The translations under genes and the position numbers were made by a program. The notes under the pieces were generated by a model, which had not been told where the DNA came from, did no database searches, and saw only the letters and a program-made list of their open reading frames with translations. A stretch of DNA of 63,998 nucleotides, counting the filler, from Circinaria calcarea (lineage: Eukaryota), in NCBI GenBank assembly GCA_051942165.1. It is 4 parts of 4 records of this genome, joined end to end, with 100 filler letters (N's around TTAATTAATTAA, not from the genome) between each part and the next. Parts side by side here need not be neighbours in the genome. Positions count along the whole stretch, not along the records: positions 48,389 to 63,998 come from JAVECS010000358.1; 3 more parts are not named here. One strand, 5' to 3'. Positions 60,481-63,998 of the stretch are shown here, piece by piece (position 1 is the stretch's first letter; the number at the start of each line of letters is the position of its first letter).

Positions 60481-61422
60481 AAGAGCCATGGCATTGCGAG
60501 GGTGAGAAAGGAGGAGAGGGATTCATGAGCGTTTGCCTGCAAATCCATATTGTGGGGAATACTTGCCGCGCAAAGATGGAAACAAGGGCTTGGTCTAATT
60601 TGTTCAGCATTGACTGCTATTTGCATACGAAATCACGCTTGTGAGCGGGAATGATGTACAGCAAGCTTAGATAATCGAAACATCAAATCAAAACACATAT
60701 CCGCGCACGCATGTGGCACTATTTCGACCTCGTAATGCCTGATTCATATGAATCTTTGAATCATAGTGCTCATGAAAAGGTCCTAGCAGCAAGACTTCAC
60801 CAGGAATACTCGATATGGTTGATTGGTTTTCTGTCGTACTTTTGTGTTACACTTATACATCGGATTACATCAAAATTCCCATCTTTTATGCATGGAGCCT
60901 ACCCACTGAAAGTATCTTACGAGGCTGGTTGGCATTACCACTTTCTAACTACCCTGCGGGGATTGATGCAGGTTGTATTTCACACATCACCGTTTTGGTC
61001 TCGGTTATCGAAGTATTTCATGTGTCTACAAGGTGAGCAATCTCAGGATTTAAAAAGCAGCTTCAACGAGAGTGACAGATAGTTTATGGCTGAGAGTACG
61101 GCAGTAAGCAAATGCAGCAAGTCCTTTACTTTGATACAAATGCGATGTTTATTGCCGCCCTCCTAGTTGCATCACAACGATCAGTCTGGTTTCCTTTCTC
61201 GACCCGTGAGTTTATGGTCCGCTTTTCCAAAACAATACAAATGACGGCTTGCTCATCAAAACACTATTCCATCTGAAGTCTCTTCCGAAGAATGACTTAG
61301 CATGTCGTTTCGAAAACCCCTGTGAAAATCTGTCCTGAAATTCGTTGCTGTAGAAACTATTAACCATATCACCAACGATGTAAGAAAGGACTCCGCTTAC
61401 AGCTATCGGCTTTCAACATCAA

Positions 61423-62428
61423 CTACTCGTCAGTTTTATGGTCTGTCGGCGTCCCCTGATCCCATGCACGCGCTCGAACAGTTCTGGGATCATCCCAGAT
61501 AGTAATTGGATCAGCATCTCTCTTGAGGATGCAAATCTCGAGAAAGTCTTCCAATTCCTCAATCTCCTCGGAGGACAGCCCGTGATTAGGATTCGCTGCT
61601 CTCCGTTGAATCCAATTCAGTTGAGCATCCAGACACATGTTATCGGGCATTGTAGCTGGGTGCTGACTTAGTTGAACATCGACCAATCGCAGAAGAGGGA
61701 GCCCGCGAAGTTAAAACAGCCCCTTCACTCGCAAGTCGTCGTACACGCCATTTGTAAACAGAGATACCCATTGATCCCGTGTTAAGATATTTCTTATATG
61801 AACCGTAAGCTCTTGGAGATGGCTAAATCGCTTCACTCGGTTCACTTGCAGAGCGTGTTCCCAGGCCATGGAAACCGAAGGTGTCATCCGGAACTGTAGG
61901 CTCCTAATCTTTGCCTGCTGCCCGAAATTCGTATCGTTGCAAAACCTCACAAAATCTCTCGGGCACTCGAACAAAAAGGTATTGGAGCCCCAAAAGATAT
62001 CGCTCGCTTCTCTTGACACCTGGTGGTTGGCAAAGAACAAGTCGATATTCATGGTTGCGGTGACTTCACAAGACTCGTGATGATCGTCAAAACCTGCTAT
62101 TTGCTGTGGGGGTGGACCGCGGCAAACATGATGGCTTGCGGTGGGTCGATAGTCCATGTTGAGATTATCCCAGTCGTACAGCTCTATTCCTTTATCTCGT
62201 AGAGTTTTTACGCAGATCAAATTGCCACCAAGTACTTCCTCATAGACTCTATCACGGAGTTCCCTTGGTAGAGTAAGGAAGGGGTTTGAATTGGTAACGG
62301 CCGCCGATCTGCTTTTAATCAGTAATGTGTTGTAAATCGAGGAAGAATATTACCCACCCTTTCCCAGCGGTGGTGTTCGAGCGGCGTTGATGTCCCATCA
62401 ATAACCGGATATCAGTGGAGAGAGACAT
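61423..62428 (-). pseudogene. F-box-like (DUF7730-type) gene with a single premature stop
   Basis: FLTLPRELRDRVYEEVLGG, LFFANHQVSREASDIFWGSNTFLF, IRSLQF. In-frame TAA at 61711-61713, after which the frame stays open (LRGLPLLRLVDVQL..) to 61423. Confidence 0.7.
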
Positions 62429-63284
62429 GGGAACCGATTGCTATTAAATCCGTGGATTTGGAAAATGCTTAGAACGCTGATGCTAACGTAAGAGAAAAAG
62501 TGCAGCTCAGGAGTTCGAATCTAAATGAAAAGTGTAGGCAGAACTGAGAAGTGTAGGTAGAGCAGATATCTCTTTGAATGGGTTATAATCTTATTTGCTA
62601 AGAGTGAATTGAAGCTAGTTGGAAACTCCAACTTTCACTCAAGGGGTAGCTCAATAAAGTGTTGATTTTATGAAATAAGCGAGATCTTAGCCCTGTAATG
62701 CCTATTTCCGATAATAAGTTAGTGTTCTAATCCGCTGTATATTCTGTACGGTATTACTTATATAGACTTTAGCTCGGGCATTCATATATAATACAGCCCA
62801 TTCCTTGAATTGAAGAAAGGTAGTCCCAAACCCGATCCCCAAAAACAATCCGGAGAGCAGATAAGAGAGCAGCTGAACCTCAGACAGGTCGCAAACAGAG
62901 TCAATATGAGAATGCTATGTACACCATGGTTACGCATTATGAGATCGCAGCAGGCTCCCCTGGCAATGTCACACTACCTCAAACAAAGAATTCAGAAATC
63001 TTTGGGCGCATCACGCTCTTAGGAGAGTTCGTACGCGGAGAGCGCTGTATTATGTTCACTACTACCTATATACTAGGAGCGGTTTGCTCATATAAGATTG
63101 CCAAAATCCACTCCTTTTGATCGTGGCGATAAACAAAAAAATCGTAGTCTCCTCCAACCCCTGGTCATGACGTCGTCGCGTTTATTCATCGCGTCTCCGC
63201 GTCTACCAAATCGTCCTCCACCTCCCGAAATTCCCCTCACACCACCTTCAATCATCGACGTCCCAAATCTCCCATCTAAGCTCA

Positions 63285-63636
63285 ATGCCCCTCCAGCCAT
63301 TTCACTCACCCCACTGTCCCTTCTGCTCCATCGCCACATCTTCACCACCCTCCAGCTCCCTGAATTCAACTCCCTCACCCCCGCAAGCCTACCTTCTCCT
63401 CTCCACGCCCCATATCATTGCCTTTCTCGACCACGCGCCAATATCCCGAGGCCATGTTCTCATAGCCACACGCCAGCACCGAGAAAAGCTGAGCGATGTG
63501 AGTGTAGAAGAGGGGAGGGCGCTCGGAGCTTGGATGGGTATCGTGTCGAGGGCGGTGGTAAAGGTTGTGCTTGGGGGAACACGGGAGGTGAGAGAGGAGG
63601 GTGGCGTGGGGGATTGGAACGTGGTACAAAATAATG
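63285..63636 (+). CDS. HIT-family protein, first exon only
   Basis: CPFCSI, IAFLDHAPISRGHVLI..HREKL, WNVVQNN|GTAAGG donor. The HxHxH exon is not within the window. Confidence 0.85.
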
Positions 63637-63822
63637 GTAAGGTGGTTACGGCCGGAAATTTTCCTAGCTTTGACGTTGTAATTTGATACGGTGATTGATT
63701 GTATCCGGTCCGTACCCGGGGGATCTTTCTCGCCTCTCAGCGCTAGCCCTTTCACACAACACTGTTTTTTGTTTTTTTTTTCCAAAAGAAAAAAAAAACA
63801 CAGAGAGAAAGGCAAAAAGTAA

Positions 63823-63966
63823 ATGCTGAACGGCGAATCGAACTCCCAACCTACTGCAAAAAAGAGGCCAAATCCGTACGCGGGAACCTTCTCGTGTACC
63901 TGAAATAAACACCGAATGTAGAATTTGTGATGGGTACAGTCGTTGAACCTACTGCACCACCACCCT
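63823..63966 (-). other. Degenerate tRNA-like element (pseudo-tRNA or SINE head) in the HIT intron
   Basis: A-box-like TGGTGCAGTAGG, anticodon-like stem ACTGT/GCAGT around a ~85-nt insert, B-box GAGTTCGATTC, downstream T runs. The acceptor stem does not pair. Confidence 0.4.
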
Positions 63967-63998
63967 GGGGCGCCCACTCATACCTGGGCCATACGGAT

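Overview
Intron-containing genomic DNA of a filamentous ascomycete (Pezizomycotina). Some secreted-protein families are reminiscent of lichen-forming fungi, but that is an inference. The window is not one locus. It is four ~16 kb contigs (1-16049, 16150-32174, 32275-48288, 48389-63998) joined by artificial 100-nt N44-TTAATTAATTAA-N44 spacers, apparently in decreasing size order, so adjacency across gaps means nothing. Housekeeping genes: a KH-domain RNA-binding protein, BNA3 (partial), a DUF2985 membrane protein, SEN15, HUT1, TOP3, STB3, ERG1 (partial), ACL4, a SIR2/HST1 sirtuin and a HIT protein (partial). Accessory content: (i) a birth-and-death family of F-box-like (DUF7730-type) genes, with a tandem array of 3 intact copies plus 1 pseudogene on contig 1, and a convergent pair plus a remnant on contig 4; (ii) two diverged, inactivated copies of an unrecognised protein gene on two unlinked contigs, identical over 18 residues despite many synonymous differences; (iii) a decayed divergent P450/methyltransferase pair next to a solo Mutator-like TIR; (iv) Cys-rich KP4/Ecp2-like, SnoaL-like and GPI-type secreted proteins; (v) a Helo/SesA-like plus ubiquitin-like domain gene; (vi) a degenerate tRNA-like element in the HIT gene intron. 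All domain assignments come from motif recognition by eye, not database searches, and exon boundaries are manual predictions.
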